Positions 52,541 to 64,000 of a stretch of 64,000 bases of DNA are shown here, in pieces; position 1 is the first letter of the stretch, and each line of letters begins with the position of its first letter. Made by a program: the position numbers and the translations under genes. Source of the DNA: Octopus sinensis (taxonomy: Eukaryota). The stretch lies in contig NC_043002.1 in assembly GCF_006345805.1 (NCBI RefSeq), forward strand, positions 44,702,001-44,766,000, given 5' to 3'. The notes beneath the pieces are model-generated. The model saw nothing but the letters and a program-made list of their open reading frames with translations. It searched no databases and had not been told where the DNA came from.

Positions 52541-53861
52541 ACTTAGTGCAGCATTTAATCATTAAAGCAACACTTAGCACGCCAGATAACACAGAGATCC
52601 AATAGCTCTCAGAACAGACCACGTACAAATTTTTTCTCAGCTCCTGGGGCCTGTTTTCGGATATGATCCATCCCATTCTTATAAAAAATATAATTCTGTC
52701 CAAATTGGTGTGCTAAACTCAAATTGTCATTTCTGCAAAGCTTTAAAATTTACTCCACAAATGTTTTGTTATCAATGCTGCACTTTCCCGTATCACCTAT
52801 CTCAACATGACTGTAATATATATATATATATATACAAACAATGCCATTTCAATCCCGAGCAACCTCGGGTATCTCTGCTAGTATATAGATAAATAAATGT
52901 GTGTGTATTTGTAAAGTCACACATATATACATACATATATATATATATATATACATATGAAAAACAAGAACATGAAATACAAAAACATAGAAAACGAACT
53001 TTTTGCGAACAACGAAAGAAACAAATAGAAAAAAACAAGACAGGCAACCTAAAGAACAATCCTTTCATCAGTTGATACACCGTTTTATCTAATCCGCATA
53101 TCGAATATTAGGAAAAGATGCGCCTTCATTAAAACAGTTGCTCCTGCAAAGCAAATTAAATAAAATTTGAGATTTACGGAGGGACAAAGTTGGTTACAAA
53201 AACAGGACAGTGAAAACAAACGGCTAGGGCTATTAAACCATAAAGTGGTGAAGTCATGGCCGCTGGGGAAACAAGCTTTGACAGGAGACAGACAAAAATG
53301 CGTGCTATCCCTGTATCTGAACGAGAAGAAAGAAATTCGAGTTAGGAGAAGAAAGATGACTGCTGGTCATGTGTGAGCAACGAGAGAGTCAAATGAGGAA
53401 GAGTGAATGAGAGAGAGGGACAGGGAGAGAACGGTGAAGGGAGAGAATTAGAGAATGGATGAGATACATAAAAGGGGAGATAAAAAGAATATAGAAAGAA
53501 GAAGACGGAAAGAGAAATAGAGATAGTGATAGAATGGTGTTGCACGGGATCGATGCTAGACATATGTAATGTGTGTATGAGTGTGTCTATAAAAGTTTTG
53601 AAGAAATGACTAACAGTATATTGATTTGCTGTGAAGAGACAAAAATTCAACATTTGGGACACTTGCCCTTCGTGAGAGAAAATATTTTTATGCGATCAAA
53701 TATTCTTTCCTTTCAAAAAAGGGAAATGGCCAACACGTCGTATATTTCACATCTCAACGCAAATCAGCGTATTTTTTCTACAAATATCTAAATATCAACT
53801 TCTGAGGAAGGACCATATGGTCTATGTTCATTTAACTGTCTATTTATATATCTACCTACAC

Positions 53862-53913
<52 letters not shown>

Positions 53914-54282
53914 AACTATACATATATATCATGGATTCGATCAAGCATTTTTGTGATAAGTGTTACTTTTTTTCAAGCGATGATTTTGCAAGAAGATTCT
54001 TTTATTGTGCGGAAAGGATTTGCTCGCATCCAATCCCATGCTCTGAACATGGACAAAATAAACTCGAAAAGAAGAACTAGTCTACATCATCGCATATTGT
54101 CAGTGTCGCAAGTTTTCTCTCAGAGTCTCCTTCACTTAGAGAAATGTTGTTAAATCTATAGAGGGGCCTCCTGCTCCCAATAAACAAACCGCGTACCTGG
54201 ACACCAACCCAGGTATTTTCGCATCCCTGCGCTTACATACCTCCTTACATACACATGCACACATATTTTATACATATATATT

Positions 54283-54314
<32 letters not shown>

Positions 54315-54316
<2 letters not shown>

Positions 54317-54429
54317 TTATAAAGGGCTTAGTAAAATAAATTACTTTGCCACATACTGAACTCATACTTTGCCACATACTGAGTTCAGTATGTGGCAAAG
54401 TAATTTATTTTACTAAGCCCTTTATAAAA
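54315..54429. repeat. Perfect 50-bp-arm palindrome at a pLTR end
   Basis: 54315-54364 and 54380-54429 are exact reverse complements; spacer TACTTTGCCACATAC copies part of the arm; continues into pLTR-like 54430-54530. Confidence 0.95.
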
Positions 54430-54540
54430 TGTAATATTTTGAATTCGCCTTAAATGGTCCCTTTACATACTGAATACTTGGTGAAATTGATTAATAATTA
54501 ATTAATTTTACCCTCAATTGTTGAAATTATATATATATAT

Positions 54541-54626
<86 letters not shown>

Positions 54627-54653
54627 TAGATAGATAGATAGATAGATAGATAG

Positions 54654-54737
<84 letters not shown>
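54541..54737. repeat. (GATA)n microsatellite
   Basis: Direct reading. Confidence 0.95.
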
Positions 54738-54738
<1 letters not shown>

Positions 54739-55009
54739 TTACTCAAAGAAATTCCAACTTTGATTTTCACGCTTTATTTGCAATCTTATAATAATATAAT
54801 AATAAAATAATATGATATAATGAAATCACAGAATATTAAATGCCCGTTCCTATTGAACTAGTACTTTCAAACAAGCTTTGCAATATTCAGTTTCATGTAA
54901 TAGTGGTGACAGTTATGTTTTACAATTTACAATTGTAGTGAGATGGCTAAAACGTGTGCCTTAAATACATTTGTATATCAGTTCCTTTCCACTTCATTTC
55001 CCTTATTGA

Positions 55010-57650
55010 TGTGTCTTTGAATCTCAGTCTAGGTTCTTCCATGATTTCTTTTCCCCTTGCATAGTTGGGAATAAAGGTGTGGTCTGGAGAGTTTGCTGTT
55101 AACCATTCTGTGTACGTGGCCCAACCAGCATGAATTTCTATCGATGAGGATTTCCATCATAGACGGCAAACCAGCACGCCGTAGGACCTCTTATTCCTGA
55201 TCTTACCAGGAGAATGATAATCATAATTCGACGTAGCTGTCTTATTATATATGAATATAACTTGTATATTTGAGCTTTATAGACTCTCCAGATATCAGCT
55301 CCGTACTACAGGAGAGAAAACTATAATCTTGTATACCTTACATTTAACACGTAAAGAAATATGCTTATTTCTCCACAGCCGCTTCTGCAGCCTGCCAAAT
55401 GTAGCATTAGGTCTGCTCATTCTGTATATGATCTCCTGGTCCAGTTGTGCATGATTTCAGATCGTGCTGCCTAGGTATTTATATGCTTTGCACAAGGTCA
55501 GCCTATCATATATACTAGTGATGTTTTCCTCTGTTACAGAGACATTAGGTTTTCCACAGGTTGGTAAAGGCATTTAGACTTTATGATGTTGATATTAAGA
55601 CTGAATTGTTGTGCAGTTCTGATAAAGTTATCTACTAGTTTCTGCATATCTTTTAGCGTTGTGGTCAATTAATACACAATCATCAGCAAACAGCATTTCT
55701 CATACTAGGGCCTCCATAGTGCGCGACTTTGCTTTATACTGTGCAGCATTGAACAGATCAGCGTCATGCCACATCTGAATCTAAATTTCCCCTCCAATTC
55801 CCTCGAAGGCAATATCCAACACCAATGCGAGATAGAGGGATAGCAGTGCTGGAGCAAGTAAGCACCCATCTTTAAATCAATATCTTAAGCTCGCTTGAGG
55901 TATTACAATTTTGTACTACAATGGCTTGCATTCCTCCGTGCAAGAATTTGACCAAGTTGATGAACCTTCAAGGACATGCATATTTCGTAAGAATATCTCA
56001 AAGACTATCATGGGAAACTGTGATAAAAGCCTTCGTAAATTTATGAATATTGTATACATAGGTATGCTCTGTTCAATATATTTTTCCTTAATTAGTTTAA
56101 GACAGAAAATCATGTCCACAGTGCTTCTACCACAACAGAAGCCACACTGTGTCTTAGGTAAGACATTTGGACAGAAATACTGATTTAGTTTTTTAATAGA
56201 ATACTAGTCAAGATATTCCCAACTATTAATAGATGAGATATTCCTAGGCAGTTTCTACAGTCCGCTCTACAAACGTTTTTGACGATAGGAATGATATCTG
56301 CGTCTTTCCAGTTTTGTGGAACTGTTTCCGTCTTAGACAATGCTACACAGGTTTTCAATAAGTTTTACACATCTATGGTTCCAGATTTCAGCGGGTATAC
56401 AACATCTGCCAGGTGCTTTATCCTCTTCCATTTGTTTTATTGCAATATTCAATTCCTCGTAAGTAGGTTCGTCATATAAGGAACAGATGGTTAGCTTTTG
56501 TGTAACTTTCCGAAATGCAGTATGGTCCACGAATGCCTAAGATATGAAGGAGGCTGTCAAAGAGATGGGCAAATCGATCATTGTTGTCTGATTTCTCTTG
56601 AAGTACTGCTTTGCCATCAAGAACTATGAGATTTGTTTTGCCTCTTCTCTGTGGCCTACATACCTCTCGAGGTCCTGAGTAAAATGCATTTATATCGTTT
56701 TTATCAGCATAATATTGCAGCTTTCCAGTTTTGGTCTCTCACCAATCTGGTTTCAGTTGTTTCTTAGCATATTGTTGCACCTTACTTCTTGCTTCCACCA
56801 GTTTTCCTCTGTTTGACTTAGTGTTGTAATTTAGCTACCTCGATTTGGAATGTTCCGTCCCTCCAGCAGGATCTGTAGTTGGATGTCGTTCTCATTGAAC
56901 TAATCTTCATGTTTTTCCACCAGTTTGCCTAGGATTCATTCAGCCGTTTCCTATGTAGTTATTTTAAAGATATTCCATTTTTCTTCAAGCCCTTTGTTTC
57001 CATTATATTCCCATCCTTCTCTCTGGATCTGTCACTACTCTTGCACTCAAATCTCTTGCAGTTATCAACTTCCCTTTGCTGGGAACTTTGCACAGTACCT
57101 CTCCCAGCTTAAGACAGAATCCTTCTTTCACTTCCTGGAGTTTATCCATTGTGGGCGCGTAAACACTGACAGCTGTGACATAGACTTTTTTAGAGTAGTA
57201 GTCTCATTGTCATGATCCTGTCATTGACAAGTATTGGGTCTTCCTTCAGTTGTAGAGTGATGGGATTTCTTATTGCAAGGCCAAGATCCACATCCCTCCG
57301 TTCTTTTTCCCTATTACCACTGCAGAATGTGTAACCATCATCAACCATGCTGTCATATCCAGATAATCTAGTTTCACCGGAAACAGCTATGTCGACATTG
57401 TATCTATCTAATTCCTTTGCAGTAAGAGCAATGTTGCCCTCAGGTCTTTGATATCTTGTTTTATGAATTAATGTACTATCATTCCATTCGTCAATATTCA
57501 TTGTTTTCCTGTGTCGTATCTTACACGGCACTGGCTGCTGCAGCGATAACGAACCAGAGAAGACCTTGTTTATCCGGGCGACGTCTGTGCCAGTATGAGA
57601 ATCTTTTGCCTTTATCATTTCATGAAGGGAAACTAGCTTTGCAATAGGCC
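55010..57650 (-). mobile_element. RTE-clade LINE, near full-length ORF but heavily decayed (APE + RT)
   Basis: APE: RPEGNIALTAKELDRYNVDIAVSGETRL...NDRIMTMRL (57190-57618); EPTYEELNIAIKQMEEDKAPG (56333-56530); RT MLFADDC at ~55680; WAGHVHRM at ~55110. Confidence 0.88.
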
Positions 57651-58131
57651 AGTATCATCATCTCGGTTACTTCCCTTTTGAAAGACATTGACATTTGTGT
57701 GTATAATTTCTTCCTGTGTCACAATCAGCGATTAACTACCAACTTAATAAACTTTATTTTGTAAAGTGCATAGTGCCTAGTTTTAATTTCGAAATATTAT
57801 GACTCCAGAGACTGCATTGAAATTCTGAGAAACGTCAACTTTTCAAGTAGCAATACATCTGTAACCAGATTTATAATTAGATCTTATCTCCAAACCGCAC
57901 CTTGTAATATTAGTATCACTAATTAAACAGCCCTTTTAAGTGTTTCGCTGAAGGGCTTTGCATTCCAATTCAGCTACTGTATAAAATCTTTGCTGTATTC
58001 ATACTTTCTAATTTTCAAATAACTTTGTAATAAAATGAACCTCTCCTCTATTTTTTTTCTATTTATTGATAAATTGTCTCTCATTCGAAATAAATTTTCT
58101 GATCATTGCATGTGTATTATATTTCCTCCAT

Positions 58132-58716
58132 AAAGCGGTGATCTGTCAGAAACGATATTACGCCGGGTGAAATGTTTAGCGGTATTTCGTCTGCCGCTAC
58201 GTTCTGAGTTCAAATTCCGCCGAGGTCGACTTTGCCTTTCATCCTTTCGGGGTCGATTAAATAAGTACCAGTTACGCACTGGGGTCGATATAATCGACTT
58301 AATCCGTTTGTCTGTCCTTGTTTGTCCTTTCTGTGTTTAGCCCTCTGTGGGCAATAAAGAAATAGGTATTTCGTCTGCCGCTACGTTCTGAGTTCAAATT
58401 CCGCCGAGGTCGACTTTGCCTTTCATCTTTTCGGGATCGATTAAATAAGTACCAGTTACGCACTGGATTCGATATAATCGACTTAATCCGTTTGTCTGTC
58501 CTTGTTTGTCCTCTCTGTGTTTACCAATTGTAGGTAGTAAAGAAATAGGTATTTCGTCTGTCTTTATGTTCTGAGTTCAAATACCGCCGAGATCGACTTT
58601 GCCTTTCATCCCTTCCGAGTCAATAAATTAAGTACCAATTATGTACTGGGGTCGATCTAATCGACTGGGCCCCCTCTCCAAATATTTCGGGCCTTGTGCC
58701 TAGAGTAGAAAAGATT
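58132..58716 (+). mobile_element. SINE family C with tandemly triplicated body
   Basis: GGTATTTCGTCTG restarts at 58181, 58365 and 58548 (period ~184 bp); only the first unit has the 5' head. Confidence 0.9.
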
Positions 58717-60495
58717 ATATTCCTTTTATTCAATAATTCCTAGAAATTTGTCAGAATATCCATAGTTATCCAGAATTTGTATTTCCTTTATCATAAAGCG
58801 TAACAGAACTTGCTTCATTTTTTTCAGTGACGAAATGAGGAAAAATTTCAGTTCAACAAACTGACAAATCTGTCAGGTTATTTATTTATTTATTTTTCTA
58901 TGAATAAAACTAAATGCATTGATCGAAATAGTTGACACTACCGCAATTACAATGTCTCCTTTATACTGTATTGAAACATGTTTCTTGGTTCCCAACAGTT
59001 TCGGATTAGCTTTCGCTGGTTCTACAACGTCAACATAAGACTAATACATAAAATTCATTAGTGATGATAGATTCTTATTGAAAATACGTTATAATTGTCG
59101 GTGATAATATAGAATGGCAAATTGAAGCTAATAAAATATTTGGGAAATATTAGTACCCAAATCTTCTTACGTTCGTAATTTTCTTTTTTTTTTTCAACTT
59201 CTCCCCAAACCGCTGAGTCATTCAGTGATCAAGTGATCACTGTAAACCCAGGTTTTCTTCTGTTGCTCTTTCTTTCTTTCTCTCCCTCACACACACACAC
59301 TCTCTTTCTCTCTCCCTCACACACTCTCTCTATCTATCTATATATCTGTCAATTTATCTTCCTCTCTTCCACAAAATTCACCAGTGGTTTCCAACCTTGG
59401 AGAATTTCATAGTCACAATTTTATTTTTAAAAAAAATGAAATCGGTTTCATTCAACACCCTCTCTAAACTTAAATGATATTCATAATCATTTCAAATTGT
59501 TTCCTGTCACAATGACTGAACATCTCTCATAGAATCTTTCCAAGACTGTCTGAAACGCTGATCTACTTCAAGATCAATCTCAGATGAGTTATGACATTAT
59601 AACAACCTTAAGTGTTACCCATTAGGATGAGAACTGATCATGTATCTCCGTAGAGTAGTACTTCACTCTACTGTTATGCTTAGTACAGCCTTATTCAAAG
59701 GATGTCACTTAAATGACAAAGATGCCTCAGTACTCTAAAGTTAACACACCGCATTGTCATCACATTCCTTTCTTTACAGCACTGCCCCAACTGTTCCAAC
59801 CCTCTGAACTAACTGTCTGTATAGATCTACAGAGGCTTTGCTGACACATCCTCTCTCTCCTCTCATCCTCTCCCTTAGTCTCACCTCATCTCCTAACCAC
59901 CCCTTTTCTTCTTAGGCAGATATCAATCTCCCAATGTTTCACCTGAATAATTTATTACTTTCGTTGGTCTCACCAGTCTGAGAGTGCCTGAAACTGTCAT
60001 GCGCACTATCATTTACTCTTGCCTGACTAACGATGCCAAAACAGGTGCTAGGCTGGCTTATTACAAGCTTCAAAGTCTTGAATTTACCGCTTATTGACGG
60101 AATTCTGCTAATCTCATAATTCTTGCAAATAAGTGAACGCTTTGCTTTAAACGCTTTGCTTTAAATAATTCTGAAATTGTCTAACTGGCTTCAGTTAGAT
60201 TGGAAACGGTCTGTTACTTTTGTTACTAATTGTTTCTGGAGGGCTGTCTGAAATATTGAAAGTTCTGTTTATGCTCTTTAGATATAAATATTGGATACAA
60301 ATAACAATATTAAAAATTAGAAGCAGATATTAGTTACTACAATTGTTTAGTCCGAGTTAGCCCTCGAGTTAGGTTGAGCAGGCCTGCAATCAAAAGCATT
60401 CAACAAAAATAAACTCGTCTTTTTTTCTCTCTCTCCTATCACTGATTCTTCTCCCATGTCTCCCTCTCACTCCCTTTCTATACATACATGCATAC

Positions 60496-60533
<38 letters not shown>

Positions 60534-60936
60534 CACAACCTATATGTATGTATGTATCTATACGTACAAACAAGTATATATATATATGTATAGATAGAAA
60601 AGATAGACAGACAGATAAATATATTATTTTATATAAATTTCATATATATATATATATATGTACGCATACACATTACATATATGTACATATGAATTTATAT
60701 ATGTTTGTATGCATGCATGTATGTATGCATGCATGTATGTATGTATCTATGTATGTATATGTAAGTATGTATAACCACATTACTTTAGAATTGCAAATAT
60801 GAGTGTCATGTTAATAGACAACATTAATATACACATACCCTTGAATATATTAGTTTTATTGCCACGGAGAAAGCTAAAATTGGATGTTAGGAAAACTATT
60901 GTAATTATGTGGAGCCCACGAAAATCATGGTCATAT

Positions 60937-61040
<104 letters not shown>

Positions 61041-61244
61041 GTTATTCTTCGTTTTTTGACATTTTATTCAAATTTGTTTCGAAAAAAATAGTTTTAGAAT
61101 CGTCATGCGTGTGTTGCTGCATTAACAGAAAACCCAGTGTTGTATCTACAAAATGTCGGTCAACACTAAATGTAGTGTAAATTTTAAAATTCCTTTACTT
61201 TTATACGGAGATCAAAATCTCATACAGATATGCAATGAGTAATT

Positions 61245-62245
61245 TTTTAGCAGGCAAGTCGATTACGTCGACGCCAGTACTCAACTTGTTCTTATTTTAT
61301 CACAGTCGACTTCAGCGGTATTTTGAATTCAGAACGTTAGGCCGGAAGAAATGACTCTGAGCATTGTGACCGACATGCTATCGGTTTTGTCGGCTCGCTG
61401 CCGTTATGCAATGAATATTACTAGTTTCAAATTTTGGCTCAGGGCCAGTAACTTCAGGGGATGGGCTAAGTCAATACGTCGACACCAGTGCCAAAGAATG
61501 AAAGGAAAAGTCCTCCTCAGCGGAATTTGAACTCAGAACGTAATGACGGACGAAATGGTGCTAAGCATTTCGTCCGACGCGCTTATTATTATTCCAACTC
61601 ACCGCATTTAGATATTGATTAATATTGGTCTCAAATTATTGGTAGAAAGCCAACAATTTCGAGAAAGAGATTGAATCGAGTATATCGACCCTAGTATCCA
61701 ACTGGTAATTATTTTACCGTTCCCGAAAAGATGAACGACAAGGTCGACCTCGGCGGAATTTGAGTGCTGAACGTAAAGACAGACGACATGCTGCCAAGCA
61801 TTTTACCCGGGATGCAAACGATTCTATCAGTTCGCCGCCTTCAGGCTTGCAATTTCAAGAGAAGGAGTACGTTGATTACATCGACTCCACTGCTCAGCTG
61901 GAACTTATTTTTATCGATCGCGAAAGGATGAAACGCAAAGTCGACTCCGGCATAATTTGAATTCAGAACGTAAAGGCGGACGAAAATCCGCTTAGATTTT
62001 TGCCCGGCGCGCTAACGATTCTGCAAGTTAACCGCCTTTGGGCAATGAATAATATTAGTTTCATATTTTGACACAAGGTGAACAATTACAAGGCAGTGGT
62101 TAAGTTGATTTTACCGACCCCAATGCACAACTGGTACTTATTTTATCGACATCGAAAGGACGAAAGGTAAAGTCGACCGCAGTGTAAAGATGGACGAAAT
62201 GTCGCTACCCGGTGCGCTAACGATTCTACCAGCGCGCCGCCCTTA
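61245..62245 (-). mobile_element. Array of five diverged head-to-tail SINE family C copies
   Basis: Repeated GTCGAC..CGG.ATTTGAA.TCAGAACGT and ...TCGCCGCC-like heads ending near 61410, 61608, 61841, 62040 and 62243. Confidence 0.85.
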
Positions 62246-63278
62246 CACAATGGTTAATATTTAAAATCTCATCGAACTGAGTAGTACACAAAGGGATTGT
62301 CTGCAAAATTATTTTTTTTAAGAACGATATAACGCGCTAGAACATAACACAACAAAATATGAAGAATGACAGAAGAATAGGTTTCTCTTAACATTACTGA
62401 AAGCCTTTCAGCAAAACGAAAATTAAAGAATGCGATACGTTGTGCTTTATTCAACCTTGTTAATTATAAAGAATTACGTTTTTTCGAAAAACTTCCGGAA
62501 AGGAGTTGCTTGGATCATTAGCGAAATACATTCGTACATGTGAGTATGTGTGCGCGTGTTTGTGTGTGTGCAGGCGCACGCACATGCGCATGCTCGCAAG
62601 TGTGTTTGTATTTGTGGTGGGAGGGGGGTTGTGTTGGATTAGCATTTGCTTGTCAAGTGACTTGGGTTTTATACTTCGTTAAAACTGAAGTAGTAACATC
62701 AAGGGATAATTCAGTTTAACCACACGAAAGCTTTAATATTCAGTTTTCAATTATTGCTAGAGCAGTTGTGAGATTTTACATGCTTCGGCAGGTTTTTCTT
62801 TACTTCTATGGTTTTTTCAGTTTTTTGAACTTATAACTGTTATGGCTTTGTTGCTATTTAACCTTCTGATATGGACCGCAGTTAGTGAACTTTAGTTTCA
62901 ATTCTTCAGTTTTCTCTATCTGTATTTCAAATTTACTAACATATATCTCTAGTTCCCTCTTTTATGATAGCGGCATATTTAGTAAATATGGAAACATAGC
63001 TTGCATGTATTGCATGAAGTACACCTAAATGCAAAACTACGTACATTCAATTATGTGTGCGCGCGCTTCTATGTGTGCGTGTGGGTGGGTGTCCGTGCGT
63101 GTGTGCTTGTACGTATGTGTTTTTTCATGTTACTTCATATTTCTAATCTATCTTTCTTTGTTTACCTTCTTTACCTATTATATAGCAAACGTCTAAATAC
63201 TTAGAGTTGATATGAGGCCAAATATTTCAAATTTACATCAATTTTTCGGGTTTGTTTTTCAATGTTTGTTACAATACA

Positions 63279-63714
63279 GGGATCTTTTCGGTTTGAACGG
63301 CAGTTTTTAACATAATTTCTAGGTAACTAAAAAATTTTAAACTTCGTATACTGGTAGAATGTGTTTATAAAACATCTTTTACTCTTGGCTTTATTGAGAA
63401 AATTCTATAGTTTGTAAGATATTTGCTGTTTTTTTTTTTTTCAATTTCTGCAATTTCAACCAATCGATGACGTCCATTGAGTTAAACATTCTGTGCTGTA
63501 TGAATATGTCCCTCGTTTAAGAAACAGATTGGGTTTATTTACATTTGTGAAGAAAAAAGATACCCTTCCCCCACCCCTAACCCTAACCCTAACTAACACT
63601 AACTAACCCTAACCCTAAAACAGATTGAAATGCAATAGATCGATGCTAGGGTTATGGGTGACAATTTCATATGACGCCGCTAGAAAAAGCTGCCGTTCAA
63701 ACCGAAAAGATCCC
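63279..63714. mobile_element. 436-bp MITE, ~30-bp TIRs, 6-bp TSD, internal CCCTAA repeats
   Basis: AATACA|GGGATCTTTTCGGTTTGAACGGCAG...CTGCCGTTCAAACCGAAAAGATCCC|AATACA; CCCTAA tract ~63575-63617. Confidence 0.9.
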
Positions 63715-64000
63715 AATACAGTGTTATGAAACAGAGAAATTGTATCTAAAATTGGTCCAGTGCTAACAGTGGTCCAAAGGTCCAAAGTCAAACAGCTACT
63801 ACATATCAGACTCACTGTTATAATGAAAATATCCTGTGCCTTCTCAAAACGTCAGTATTTGATCTTCAACAGAAGCAGTGGAATCCTATCAGTGACCGAG
63901 TTGTATAAATGCGACCATAATTTTGGTACTTCAAGCAAAAATAAGTCAACATTTTATGTGTAGTTAGGTGGCTAAAATGTTCTATAATCTAATTCAGACA

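Larger units (their letters stand above)
50025..52881 (+). mobile_element. Compound non-autonomous Helitron (outer ends putative)
   Basis: 5' TC-TATATATATAA followed by (GTCT/GT)n; 3' hairpin CCCGAG-CAAC-CTCGGG (52854-69) then CTAG|T (52878-81); internal duplicated blocks 50.4-51.6 kb. Confidence 0.5.

Noticed and set aside
53060-53150. HHR-like topology and CUGAUGA in a pLTR-like repeat (minus strand)
   Set aside because: Stems are present but there is no GAAA/UH core in register
53931-54080. Short Cys/His-rich ORF (MDSIKHFCDKC...PCSEHG)
   Set aside because: 49 aa, no recognisable domain spacing, adjacent to a microsatellite
59560-60110. Possible decayed LINE endonuclease region (ADINLP)
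   Set aside because: A single motif with many stops; too weak to call
63575-63617. Telomere or chromosome fusion site
   Set aside because: Only a few degenerate CCCTAA units, inside a TIR/TSD-bounded MITE

Overview
Very AT-rich, microsatellite-dense eukaryotic non-coding DNA. The repeat repertoire (tRNA-derived SINE families, Penelope-like elements, RTE/CR1/L1-Tx1 LINEs, mariner/Tc1 relics, Helitrons, (TA)n/(CA)n/(GATA)n tracts) looks like an octopus/cephalopod genome; this is an inference. I found no intact host protein-coding gene. Nearly all long six-frame ORFs are microsatellite artefacts or transposon relics, and only a few isolated candidate exons remain. The most striking signal is a set of about 13 type-I hammerhead-ribozyme (HHR) or HHR-like motifs, folded by eye, inside Penelope-type pseudo-LTR repeats. 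They include (i) two fully canonical HHRs in a near-identical ~534-bp head-to-tail tandem (24.3-25.4 kb) with a retrozyme-like layout that could release a ~534-nt, possibly circular, RNA, and (ii) three unrelated families carrying the compensatory U3-A8 core in place of C3-G8. Other notable items: two stacked L1/Tx1-like insertions embedded in (GATA)n with matching compound tails, a CR1-like LINE sharing its 3' tail with the main SINE, a 5'-inverted Penelope copy, a fold-back mariner, a compound Helitron with STPR-like repeats, SINE tandem arrays and several long inverted repeats. Alignments and folds were done by eye. Element ends without a TSD or TIR are approximate.
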